Assembly: GCA_012295275.1 (NCBI GenBank)
Contig: CM022669.1
Coordinates: 13,330,001-13,394,000, forward strand
Direction of reading: 5' to 3'
Length of the DNA stretch: 64,000 bases
Source of the DNA: Chrysomallon squamiferum
Lineage: Eukaryota; Animalia; Mollusca
Positions 44,871 through 60,410 of the stretch are shown one piece after another. Position numbers and translations under genes: made by a program. Under the pieces are notes generated by a model. It saw only the letters and a list, made by a program, of their open reading frames with translations. It was not told where the DNA came from and did not search any database. Positions within the stretch are counted from its first letter, which is position 1, and each line of letters begins with the position of its first letter.

Positions 44871-45590
44871 TTTTGTCTGTACAAGTTTATTCTCATTATA
44901 TCAAATGTGACACTACAACAACTTTTGTCTGTACAAGATTATTCTCATTATATCAAATGTGACACTACAACAACTTTTGTCTGTACAAGTTTATTCTCAT
45001 TATATCAAATGTGACACTACAACAACTTTTGTCTGTACAAGTTTATTCTCATTATATCAAATGTGACACTACAACAACATTTGTCTGTACAAGATTATTC
45101 TCATTATATCACGTCTGAGACTACAACACGTTGGGCTGACTCAACTTTTGTCTGTACAAGTTTATTTTCATTATATCAAGTCTGACATTGCATTCGCTGT
45201 CCATTACCTCAACTTTTGTCTGTACAAGATTATTTTCATTATATCAAGTCTGACACTGCATTCGCTGTCCATTACCTCAACTTTTGTCTGTACAAGATTA
45301 TTTTCATTATATCAAGTCTGACACTACAATACGCTGTCCATTACCTCAACTTTTGTCTGTGCAAGTTTATTCTCATTATATCAAGTCTGACACTACAACA
45401 CGTTAGCCTGTCTCAACTTTTGCCTGTACAAGATTATTCTCATTATATCAAATATGACACTACGACAACTTTTTTCTGTACAAGATCATTCTCACTTGTT
45501 ATATCAAGTCTGACACCACAACACGCTGGCTCTGGCTCATCATCTTTTGTCTGTACAAGATTATTCTCATTATTCCTAGTCAGACACTAG
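44871..45590. repeat. Minisatellite with conserved ~45-bp core and variable-length units (52-75 bp), 12 copies
   Basis: Core TTTTGTCTGTACAAG(A/T)TTATTCTCATTATATCAA(AT/GT)(G/C)TGACACT starts at 44871, 44923, 44975, 45027, 45079, 45146, 45214, 45282, 45351, 45418, 45470 and 45545. Confidence 0.93.
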
Positions 45591-46094
45591 AACACGGTTC
45601 AGACCGGAGAGCACCGAACCCATTAACCATCACGTCGTCCTGGGACACGATCAGATGACTGTTTGATGTGACCGAGCGTCGTCTCGGGTGTATCCGCGTC
45701 AGTGTGTTTACTGCGGCAGAAACAGCAGACGTCCTCTTGTCTAATAAGTTTTCGCTTTCGAAGTGGGGCAGCGCAAATCGTATTCATTTTATTTGTTGAT
45801 TGAATGAAGAGGGATTATATGGCCCGCTGATTGATCATAGAAGGACCGTAACGGTTGCATAATTGATTGATTAGCCAGGAATGTAAATTGGTTCGAATTG
45901 GCGGAGTATCGATTCGAAAGGAGATGTTGAGTGATGTTGTGTGGACAAACTTGTTACATAGCCGCCGAGAGAAATAAACAACAAATACGAAATCGGCTTC
46001 CTTTTCATCTTCTTCTTTTTTTTTTTTTTTTTTTGTTGATATAAGAATATAGCTTAAAGTTAAAAAGGATCACATAAACATAAAAGTAATCAAT

Positions 46095-46592
46095 ACACCA
46101 TTATATATGTTAAACATACCATTGTATCTATACATACCAATATGTCTGTTATAGATACCACTATATCAATTACACATATCAATATATCTATTAAACATAC
46201 CATCATGTCTATTGCACATAACATTGTATCTATTACACATACCATCATATCTGTTACACATATCATTATATCTATTACACATACCATCATATCTATTACA
46301 CATACCATTATATCTATTACACATACCATCATGTCTATTACATATATCATTATATCTATTACCCATACCATCATGTCTATTGCACATAACATTATATCTG
46401 TTGCACATGCCATTATATCTGTTACACATACCATTATATGTTACACATACCTTTATATCTGTTACGCATACCATTATATCTGTTACACATACCATTATAT
46501 CTGTTACACATACCATTATATGTTACACATACCTTTATATCTGTTACGCATACCATTATATCTGTTACGCATATGATCATGTCTGTTACACA
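46095..46592. repeat. 21-bp minisatellite, ~24 copies
   Basis: Unit ACACATACCATTATATCT(A/G)TT, with some 19-bp variants. Confidence 0.93.
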
Positions 46593-47538
46593 CGGAATCT
46601 TCCCTATTACCCACATAATTTAAATTTTGTCATATCTTCTATATACATTTTTTTTACAGTGTGTAAGTTTCTGTAAGTATGTGTGTGCATATTAAGTATT
46701 CAGAAATATCCATTAAACATAGTACAGTATTATATCGATTATGCACTGTATATCCTTATATCCATCAAACAATGGTTCATACTTGTATGTTAGAAACAAT
46801 TTGACATCTATTAAAGCAGTCATCATGTCAGTTATATAAATTGTTTGTTTCTTGTTTATTCTTACGTATATAAATAAAACATTATGACAATAAAAAACAG
46901 CATTATGAGACAGAAACACACATAAATATATACAGATTGATACATACATACACATACATACATTCGCACCTATACACAAACACATAGCCCCAAACACACA
47001 TATCAACTCCTGCATGCACGTTGTATTGCAATATCTATCATTTCATTTCTTCATTTGTGCTGAAACAAAACAAATTAAAAAAAAAAAAGAAAAAACAACA
47101 AAACAAACAAACAAACAAAAAAATCCAGACAGTCACGAAAAAAAAAAAGTACCCCCCCCCAAAAAAAAAAGATCTATACTTGACAGAGTACAATGACATC
47201 AAGTACTCGTACAGAAAAAATAAAACAAACAGAAATGAAATGAAGATCACAGGCTGAAACAACAGATAAATGATAAGACCGCTGTTCAGAATATTTTAAA
47301 ATGAAATAAAGGTTTAATCTCAGCACGACAGAATAAATGAAAATCGTTTCTTTCAATTTCATTCTAATCCCAATTCGAGTAGCAAATAAATAATGTTTTT
47401 TTTCCCTATATGATAGAAATGTTGGGTGTTTTTTTTCGTTGTTATCAGAAATTTCATCATATTTGTGAAATGATTCATCATTAAAATGCTGAGTTTACGT
47501 AGTAGAATTTTTTCCTCAATCAATCTCCGCTGGTCTTG

Positions 47539-47570
<32 letters not shown>

Positions 47571-48329
47571 TTCTTCTTCTTCTCCTTTTTTTTTTTTTTT
47601 TTTTTTTATATTTTTTTTATAAAAAATATTTAGCATATGAAGCTTGATTAATACGTTTCAAAGATAACCAAAGATCTGAAATGACTTTTTTTTTTTTTTT
47701 TTATTTTTTTTTTTACACATTAAATTGCTTGTTAAAAAGAAACACATTGAATAACGTAAGGGGATGCTCCATGCAGATGTCCCATTATTAGAAAGATTAC
47801 AACACGTTCTTGTCAGCTAGAAAACCTAATTTGTCAAGCGCTGGTTGACAGAACAGAACAGCCCTGGATTTAACAACCTGATGTCCTAAATGCTGGTAAT
47901 AAAGATTAAAATTGGAGGAACGAGAGGAAAAGCCATGAAAAGATAAAAAGAAAAACACAGAGAAGCGAACACAAAGAAAGAACGAAGCGATTGAAGAAAA
48001 AAGAAAATAAATTGGTGAAAAATGCAAATAACTAATAATGTAACTTCAGATATGAAAAACACACAAATTAATGTTTAAAATTTCTTCATTATGTTTTGAT
48101 GTTGAATAGTACAGTTATATCCTTTGTAGATTCTTTCTCACTGCTCTTATCCTTAAAACCCTCACGTGCATATTAATACAAGCAAGTGCGTAAATGCATG
48201 CACAAACACACAAAGAAACAAACCATATATTTTTCACTAAAGGGTATTCTGTATAACTCTTTGCGTGTATGTTATATGACAGTAACATACAGTTTTGGGT
48301 AACATATGTTTGACGTTTATAATTATAAT

Positions 48330-49560
48330 TTCTTAACAGTAACATCTTTATGTCAAACTCTAGAGCCAAGAAAGTACGCATAATCGCCATTCTTTTCATT
48401 ATAACATCTTAACAGTAACCTGTAAATATGTAATGCAAAGAAAGCATACATAACAGCAATCGTTTTCATTACAGTATCTTCATGATAATGTCGTAAATAT
48501 TTAGGACAAAAGAAGTACAAATAAAGACAGCTGTATTCAGTATAACAGTATTATTTTTGTGATAAAGGGGCTATTATTTACAACTCACAAAAATTTCTTT
48601 GCAGTTAAGTTGTACATGTTTATGACAAAGGAAGCATGCATAATGACATATTTTCAATATTTTTATGATAAAGCAGTTAATATTTAATACTGAGTCAGAA
48701 GAATTTCTGGTTCATATGCTTTTTCTCATTAAAATTTCTTTACAATTAAGATGTACCTATTTGTGATAAGACAGATATGCATAATTTGAGTAGTAAATAT
48801 TTATGATAAAGGCGAAGAATTTTGTTCTAATAATGGCTGGCTTTTCTCATTAAAATACATATTTTTTTTTTTTACAATAAAAGTTGTAAATATTTATGAC
48901 AAAGGCAAATGTACTTAATGTGAACTGTTTTCATTATAATATTTTTGTATTACACTTGCTATGACAATGCTAAACCGTTTTTGTATATATACATATATTA
49001 CAGTTACTTTAAAATAAAGTCGTACATATTTATGACAAAGGCAAATGTAAATAAAGTCAGTTTTTTCACTGTATTATATTTAGAACATACTCGTAGATAA
49101 ATTAGTGTCAAACAGTTTAGTGTAAATGACTGAAATTCTTCATTATAATAAATTAACAATAATGTTTTATATACAGATGCCAACGACCAAACATTACAGG
49201 TAATGACAACATTACTCATTACGATATCTTTATAATATGCTTATCACTATTTATAACTAACACAAATATAAATAATTATAATACTGTCCATTGGAAATAT
49301 TGCAAAATTTGTAAATATTTCTGAAAACATCAAACATTGTAAATATTTATGACAAAGGCAAATGTAAACAGTTACAAGATTTTTCATTACGATCTTTTTG
49401 TAATAAAACTTGCAAATATTAGTCGTCACGTCAAACATTTTTGTACAAGTAATGACTGGAGTTTCTCATAACAATATCTTTACTATAAACTTATACATAT
49501 TTCTGACAATTCGTAAATATAAAAAAAGGCAATGTTTTTCATCATACTGTATTAAATTTC
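48330..49560. repeat. Degenerate tandem repeat array; related array at ~53890-54570
   Basis: Recurring TGTAAATATTTATGACAAAGG...TTTTCATTA motif at roughly 60-75 bp spacing. Confidence 0.6.
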
Positions 49561-50130
49561 GTGTATGACTTTACATATGTTTCAGTTAATATTGCAACGT
49601 AGCTTACGTTGGTACCTTAAAGTGACTCTAGTTTTGCATTACAAGAACTAAATGTACATTTACATTTTCTTAAATATGAAAAGACACATTCGCTAACCTT
49701 TAAACCATATAAACGAAACAAAAGATCAGAAAGAACAAGGCTTACAGTCTAAAGCTTACCTTTGCCACAGTTTGTGTCTGTGTCCAGGTTTAATATGTCA
49801 CAGATGTGGAAACAGGCAAAAACAAATTTTTGCGTTTAATGAAAAGTACTTTGGAAATGTCACAACTGAACAGACACAAACAGCTCTAACAGGCAGTTAG
49901 TTAGAAGGCTGGTAATTAGATGTAGATACTCGCTTACTAATTTGTGTCCGAGCTGTGACTTGGTACAGGTGTGTTTGGCCAAGATCTACTGACAGTGATA
50001 TGGGACAGAAACACAATGCGATGGCCACTAAACTGACGTACACACAGATCAACGTATGCAGGCTTTGCGAATCGGACCTAGGTTGTTGTCCAGACTAATT
50101 AAAAATACGTTTTTGTTGAAAATAATACAA

Positions 50131-50730
50131 CGGGAGAGTGAAGCTTAAAGTAGCCTGCTTATTGATCTATTACTAGTTCTTATACGACTTGTTTATGTTA
50201 CAGTATTATTTGTTGTAGTAATTTCACGAACTGTTAAATATACGAGTTACAACAGACCCATGAACTATTAAATACTTATATATGAGTTAATATGGCGGGA
50301 GAGGGAAGCTTAAAGTAGCCTGCTTATTGATCTGTTAATGGTTCTTATACGAGTTGTTTATGTTACAGTATTGTTTGTTATAGCAGTTATAGTAATTTCA
50401 CGAACTGTTAACTGTATGAGTTAATACAGACCAATGAACTATTAAATACTTATAGATATATGACTTATAACAGATCCATGAATTATTAAATGCTTATATT
50501 TCAATTATAACAGTTCCGCGTTATAACAAATCTACAGACTGTTAAATGTATGAGTCATAATTAACTTTAAAGAACTACTAAATGTATGACTGGTAACTAA
50601 CTTCATAGAACTACTAAATATATGAGTTATAACACTTCAAAGAGCTGTTTAATATATTAGTTATATCACTTCAATGAACTATTGAGTGTATGACATAGTT
50701 ATTGAGTTTATTACAGTTTCGTGAACAATT
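50131..50730. repeat. 165-bp direct duplication followed by degenerate ~35-40 bp units
   Basis: CGGGAGAG.GAAGCTTAAAGTAGCCTGCTTATTGATCT begins at 50131 and 50296; GAACTATTAAAT-like subunits continue to ~50730. Confidence 0.85.
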
Positions 50731-51150
50731 AAAAATCACTTTAAATGAATTACTGCAGTCCTCGTATTTTGCTTGGATCGTATGGTTTAGCCAGATCTCT
50801 TGACCATATATAAATATAATATAAATACCAAGTATGAAACAAAACTAACGAACCGTCCACTTTGATACTGTAACGTCACCGAAAAGCAGTCGTCGTAACG
50901 TGAATGATGCTGTGAACATCAACACACAGCCTGTTTTGCAGTAGCGATATTTCTAAAACCATCAGAGTAATTCCTGAAGCTGAATATTAATGGATTTTTG
51001 ACAAAATGAGGTTGTTATGTCTCTAACTGATGTTTGATACTAAGTAAGCCAGATCGAATGACGCTTTATCCCCGAGAAAGTATGGGTGTCAAGTGTCAGC
51101 AGTTTCGAAAGTTGTCTGGCGGCGGTTTTCATATTTCTCTGTTTGTGGAT

Positions 51151-53177
<2,027 letters not shown>

Positions 53178-54653
53178 GTGTGTGTGTGTGTATGCGTATG
53201 TGTATGTAAGTGTGTGTATGTGTGTGTGTATGTAAGTGTGTGTGTGTGCACATAGACACACACATATCAAAAATGTTTTCATTTTAAACACGTTTATTAA
53301 ACTTTTTTTTTTTTTTTTCCGTTTCTAATTATTATTAAAGTACATTTTCTTTCTTCTTCGTTTTTTTTTTTTTTTTTTTTTAAATTACGTACTACATTTC
53401 TTCAGGCCTGACTTATCAAGATTTCATCTCTGACAAAACGTATCAACGATAAACGTAACAAGCTGTAATAATCTGCGTAAAACGACGTCATCTGTCAGCG
53501 GTAACCACGTCTCTGGTTACGGCAACACGCTCGTTAGCCGAAATGAAACGATATTCTTCAAAATACGTGTTTTTTTGTTGTTGTTGTTTTTTTTTGTTTT
53601 TTTTTTCCGCCCGTCCTCTCTTTTCATAACGTTTTTCATGCAACATTAACACCGCTTTCCTGACGGGCAAACCTAATGTGCTTCGGCATCGACGATTATC
53701 AGCTGGAAACGCTCTCTCCGGTACACACATAGCTTATGAAAATCAATGCCTTCGCTGTTATTAAGTGGGGCAGAGGCTTAACCACGGTTTTTTTGCATCA
53801 CTGTGGCTAATTTGGTTATTTGGGCAGACCGATTGTGACAAGGCTAGATCAGTTATTGTCTTGTTCAGATGTTGTGTATATATATATATATATATATATT
53901 TATTATATTTATGACAAGGGACAAACGATATCTATTCTAGACCGACTCTCATGCTGACTTCTTTATGATAAAGTTTGTTACAGAGAAATTAGCGTGAAAG
54001 ACAATAATGAACAAACCAACGCTTTTCATCTATGGCAGCAACAAATAGAATCAGTGTAAACTATTTCCCAGGCTAATTTTTAATAAATTTGTAAATGTGT
54101 ATGACAAAAGGAAAGCAACGTTTTTTTTTTTTTTATCACAATAATTATGTTTTTATTAAAGTTGTAACTATTTGTGACAGAGACAAAGAGATATGTACAA
54201 AACTTTCTCTGAAGCTAATGTCTACATAACAAACTTGTAAATATGTATGAACACAGTAATTGATCGCTTTTCGTCACAGTAAATTAAAATTAAAGCTGTA
54301 ATGATTTGTGACACCAGAAAATAGATTTCGAACAAAAAAATAATCGCTTTTCATGATAATGTCTTTATAATGCAATTGTAAATATAATATTAAATAGTAT
54401 ATATAAACAATGGCACCACTTTTTATTATAATTTCTTTATAATGACGTTCTGCCTATTTCCAACAAATGAAAAAAACATGATTTAATGTTATAAAATAAA
54501 TTTAGTGTAAATAACGTTTTGCTATTCATTATAGTTAATTTGCAATAAACTCGTAGATATAAATATTTATGAGACTTCCAAGTAATAATTTTAATTACAT
54601 AATGCTACTAATGTTCGTGAATCAGTATGTATGAATAACTTTTAATGAAATTT

Positions 54654-54694
<41 letters not shown>

Positions 54695-54780
54695 TATATA
54701 TATACATACATTTACATATATACAAATATATATGTACATACACATACATATACCAACATATATATACATACATATATTCA

Positions 54781-54874
<94 letters not shown>

Positions 54875-55499
54875 ACTCTCTCTCTCTCTGTGTGTGTGGC
54901 TCTCATTATTTACATCTATCCCTTTTTAGTATATTTTTAAATGTTTTATCTCTGCTATTTGCTAAAGTCCCAGAGCCTCTAAATGTATTTGCATACAACA
55001 CTGATAAATTAGCGTCCAGAGAAAACTACTTATACACACAGTGGAAAAAAAAAACCCAGATGTATCTGTAACTTCCCTGTTACCGTCGTGGTATCACGTA
55101 ATCCGCGGGGAAATGATGTTTCGTCTGAGTAAAGAGATTTGTAAATCTAATCCGCTGACAAGGTTCTAAATGAACGCAGCGGGTTTTTTTTTTTTTTTTT
55201 CTTTCCTCTATCCATTTTGTTTTAATTTTTTATGACTCCATTTTCAAGCTTGTGCCTATTCGATCCAGCTTGTTATCCATATACGGTTTGCTAAACAGAT
55301 AATTCTGTGCAGCTTAGGATTTATTACGGTATCACTGCACTGTTTGTTTTGTTTCTGAAGGCAGTCGGGTACTAAATAAATAAAAAATATTTTTACTGAT
55401 ATTATCAGATATTAGTGTTTATATTTCTGATGCCATTATTACTGCATTTCCTGTCAGTAAAACAAATATCTCCGCCACAATTACTTCTGTTCTTTCAAT

Positions 55500-55705
55500 T
55501 GCTACTGCTTTTACTACTGTTTTTATTACTACTGCTACCACCACTACCACTATTACTATTGTTACTACTTCTACAACTACAGCTACTACTTCTACAACAA
55601 TAGGGCCAGCTATTGATACACTACTACTACTACCACCACCACCACTACTACTACTACGATAGCTACTACTTCTACAACAATAGCTCCAACTACTACTACT
55701 ACTAT

Positions 55706-55746
<41 letters not shown>

Positions 55747-55900
55747 TTACTACTACTACTGCTACTACTACTACTACCACTGGTACTATCACTACTACTA
55801 CTGCCATTACCACTACTACTAATACTACTGCCACTACTGCCATCATGCTATTACTACCACTACTACTACTATTACAACTACATCTACTATTACAACTATA
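55500..55900. repeat. (CTA)n compound trinucleotide microsatellite
   Basis: Directly visible. Confidence 0.9.
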
Positions 55901-56494
55901 TCTTTTTTATATTCATTCATTCATTCGTTCGTTCATTCATCCGTTCGTTCATTTATTTACATAGTTTTCTTCTTGCCATACATATACTTTGTCGAATGTT
56001 AAATTACACTATAGTCTTCAAGTACGTTATATTCACGTACAGCAACATCAGTTTTCTCACAACCTCACGCAAATATCGAATACCAGTTTGACCATAATCA
56101 GCCCATCGAGAAATAGCTTAATGAACATCGTGTCAACTTGAACATAACACTATTAATAAAGTAACGAATGAAAAATATTTACATAGGAAGGAAAAACTGT
56201 CTCTTTGTTGATGCAACAATTTTGGTTTTTTCTCGTCTGAACAGCAGAGTGGTCAGGTACAAAGTTCTATTCAGGCATCAATGTATGTAATATAATATTA
56301 AATATAAATTCAGAACTAAGCCAAAGAAAATATGTATGAAATTAGGTACTAAATTCCTTTACAATATTTTATTATATAAAAAATTAATATTAATAATATA
56401 TAACACTCCCCAAAAAAATTTACATATCAAAATTCCCACTTTATTTGTTATTTTTATTTAGCTTTGTTTGTCTTCTTGGGTTATGTAAAAAACA

Positions 56495-56526
<32 letters not shown>

Positions 56527-57401
56527 CACTTAATATATGAAAAATATAAAGAGATGAAAAATGTACAGCAAATGAATATCGTAAATCGAATATGAACGTC
56601 AACCAGACGCTAACATCAGCCTAACTTGTCAGATGGTGAACAAAGCGTTTTCAGTTTGGATGTTTATCACCCTGACGTTATTGTTGTCATTTAGTGATTT
56701 CTCTTTCTCTACAAAGAATCTGCATAAAAAAATGTCGTGCTTAATTTTTCAACGCTAATGGTAAAAATGTTTTTTTTTTTTTTCACGGATAAATATTACT
56801 CACTTGTCGAGTTCAACACGTACATAAAATTTATTTTAAATAATTGCCATAGAAAAGTATCAGAGTATCATGGAGTACAGAATATATATATTTTTTCTAC
56901 ATTTTGTTTTTATTTTTATTATTATTTTTTTTCGGTTTTTTTCTATTATTTATTTATTTATTTATTCTTTTGATTTAAATTTTAACTTTAAAAAAAAATC
57001 TTTAATATTGACTTTCTTTCTTTTCTCCTTGTCTTCCTTGTTCTTTCTTTCTTTCTTTCTTATTTTGTAAATTGGAATATATAATTAGTTTATAATTTCA
57101 TGATTGAAAGAAAAATATTCTGTTGGGTACGCCAAAGTGCAGACAGAGGTAATCTGTTACAATGGTTTCTCATAAATAATGAACACAGGATAAATTTAAA
57201 CTGTCTCATTTCGTGTCATCAAAGACATCAATCGTATGAACAAACATGTAGATAACATGCAGTAAGTATGAATTTAAACATTTTCTGATGTCACTGATAC
57301 TTTTGATGTTTCCAGTGACGTCAGGATATTGTATTTTTGGACAGTCTGTTTGATGGTGAGAATCAAAGATAAAGAAAAACGCTAGTGTTATCATTTTTAA
57401 T

Positions 57402-57468
<67 letters not shown>

Positions 57469-59889
57469 ATTACAGTATATTTTATTACGTGCTAAATAAA
57501 GACAGTTATTTCATTAAAAAGAAGCGACAGACTATTATTGCTATATTTACCACGAATGATATGTAATTAAATAATTACATTATAATAACTTGCAGAGTAA
57601 TTTTAATAATTTGAACAAGCCACAAGAGGTGATCAAACGGTCGTTGCGATACTTCAAAACTAATAATAGTAATTTCTTTTTGACTTATTTTAATGAAAAC
57701 TCGAGTGAAGCTACTGTAAATCAAGAACGATACTGAGTGCGTTTCGCTGACGTCACAGTCAATTAAAGAGGTAATTCTGTTTGTTCACGTTGTTTGTGAA
57801 GAGTGTATTGGGATGCCGGATCGAAACCGAGGAGTAGGAAATTAAGTCATCTGTCCACTTTCCGGATTTGTTTCTTAAATTACGTTCTGGACAAAGAGAT
57901 CTGGTAAATACGTACAGACAGAAGTCGATATTTGCTTTTCGTAATTAAACATTATATAAACATTTCTCTCTCTCACTCTCTCTTCTCTCTCTCTGTCTGT
58001 CTGTCTGTCTGTCTGTATCTCTCTGTCTCTCTCTCTCTCTTCCTGTCTATCTGTCTCTGTCTGTCTATCTCTCTGTCTGGCTGTCTGTCTATCTATCTGA
58101 AAATCTCTCTGTTTTCACTCAAAAGTTTTGATTACTTACGTGTCAGGTCTTGCATGATGAGAACGTATTTTTTTCCACAAAAACTGTTTGAAAAGTCAGC
58201 CAGTAATCTGTTCACTTGTAATGGGAAATACTTTAATTTAAAGCAACCCATTCATTGTCAATTTTTCATTGTGCATGACACTTGGGTTAAAAAATTAAAT
58301 AATAACAATAACTCATGTCCAAGTTCAATAATAGTTGTACTAAAAAAAACTTTAATATTAGTTAAATATTGAAAAGCCTCCAGTTCATATTCCCAGTCAA
58401 AACTTAAATTGAATTTTGTTTTTTTTAATTAAAGAAAGGAATAAAACATGATCGCGAAAAGTGAGGACTTGAAATAAAAGTGAGTGAAAAAAAAAATTAA
58501 CATGCTAACTAGAGCAAGCAGTTGTTAAGCACGCCTAAATGTAAATCACTGTTTGTCTTTTAAATCAAACGTAAACGCGAACGAACCTCTTCCCTTTTGT
58601 TCTGTTTAAAAACAAAGGCGCCAAGATGGCGGCTCAAACACTAGAGACCATTTGAACCAGAACAAATCAACAACATCGGTCTGTGCTCGATTTGTAGTAG
58701 CGAGTGTGAAATATGACTTTATTCGCGTATGACAAGATTGCCTACAGCTGGTAAAAACACTTGTAAATTACAACTGAAATTCGTGTTCTGGCAGCCAATA
58801 AAACATTCTCAGAAAAACGGGAGTTATTTGACAAAGATTCAATGTGGCTTGATCGCTTACAGTTTTGATGGAGGCCAGATACGGCCCAGTTGTAAAATGA
58901 TCGATATTGGACCGAACACCGTACACAAACATTTTGGTAAATTTCCCCTTCAAACAACTAACATGAAAAAAAAAAAAAAAAAAAAAAAGGACTGTGATAA
59001 AACAAAATGACCTGAGATGTAATAAAGGCTTTGCTATATACTATTCTATCCACGGAAGGCTTCATTTAAAATAATTCCTGCAATTAATATAAATTTTATA
59101 CTTTCCATTAGAGACTGTTGCTCAAAGTTTGGGAATATTTCATAATCAGGAACCGATGATATAAAGCAGACCATTGAATTTTAATAGCTTGTTTTCTATA
59201 ATTATATTATATATTTTTTTAAAATTATTTTAAGCAGTTTCAGTAAATCATTTGAAATGACTGAATTTTAATCTAGATCCGACACAATGTATATCTGAAT
59301 GTATTTCCAAAATGCTGCGAGATACATGAGAATAAATAAAAAAATTAAAATTAAAATTAAAAAAAAAAGAAGAGAGAAATAAAAACGAAAAGATTATAGA
59401 AAGAGAGAGAAGGCAATAAGATACATAAAATATTAACATACACGGTGAAAAGAGAAGTTTTTGCTGTAGGCTATATATAACATTTCGACAAAGCCATTGT
59501 ATTTTTATTGACTTTTTAATTTTTCAATATGACAAAACTGTCATGACATAAATAAAGGTTTAAGCCGTGCAAATCCAATCAAAAAAAAAAAAAAAAAAAA
59601 AAAAACGAAAAAACGAAAAAAACGAAACAAACAAAAAAAGCAAAAATCAAACAAAATAAAAGAACACCAAAAAAAATAAAAAAATAAAAAAAAATAAAAA
59701 AATAAAAATAAATAAATAAATGAATAAACAGGGACAAGAATTTATATATATATGTATGTATGTATGTATATATGTATATATATAATTTATGAATATGGTG
59801 TTGAACTGCCTCTATCATTCACTAGACCATTCACGTAGACGTCTTTGTGTGCATCTAGCAAAAAAGTCCACGTAACTCACAGCCATATC

Positions 59890-60410
59890 ATTCAGACGTA
59901 ACCTTATGTTTTGACTCATCACTTTCCGTGACTACCGCAGTGGACCAAAACAGTCAAAACTTCAAGTTTCCATTTGTGGAACGCTGGCCTTGTTTTGTCA
60001 ACGTCTGACTGAAGACATCACCAAACAGCTTGTTCCGTGGCTGGTAATCTTACGCCTAGATTGCACTATTAACTCGTTACGTGGTCTATCATCAGGACCT
60101 ACTGCTGAGACTCTAGCTTGCCCCAAAATAGCGCTCGTTGCCAGAACAAGACGACTGGAAAAACACAATACCCCACTCATGGTTAAACTTCTTCACTGGC
60201 TGTCTTTTAAGTCAATTTTTTAAAAAAAAAACCTTTATATGGTTTACAGCTCGAGCAACAAGATGCTTCAATATATTCGTAATCTATAATAAAAGCCTGA
60301 ACGCTCAGTTCATTCTTCTGGTCAAGACCTATTGCTTGTAACGCAAACCAATATAATCATCATCTTTTGTGATCGAGCTTTTTCATCAATTGTTCTCAGA
60401 ACCTTTTTTT
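59890..60410 (+). mobile_element. 5'-truncated, decayed L2/CR1-clade LINE (ORF2 C-terminal region)
   Basis: Frameshifted peptides FDSSLS, VKTSSFHLWNAG, LTEDITKQLV..LVILRLD, HNTPLMVKLLHWL, RSVHSSGQDLLLV and DRAFS follow the order of the L2/Crack ORF2 C-terminus (FDSxLS..FHLRNI..LVxSRLDYCN..HITPVLxxLHWLP..RSLRSS..GDRAFS). Confidence 0.8.

Noticed and set aside
44871-45590. CRISPR array
   Set aside because: Eukaryotic intron-rich context, no cas genes, and the 'spacers' are absent in some units and related to each other in the rest.
46090-46676. Repetitive ORFs on both strands (e.g. MVCVID, NRYNGMC repeats)
   Set aside because: Translations of a 21-bp minisatellite with no splice or promoter support.
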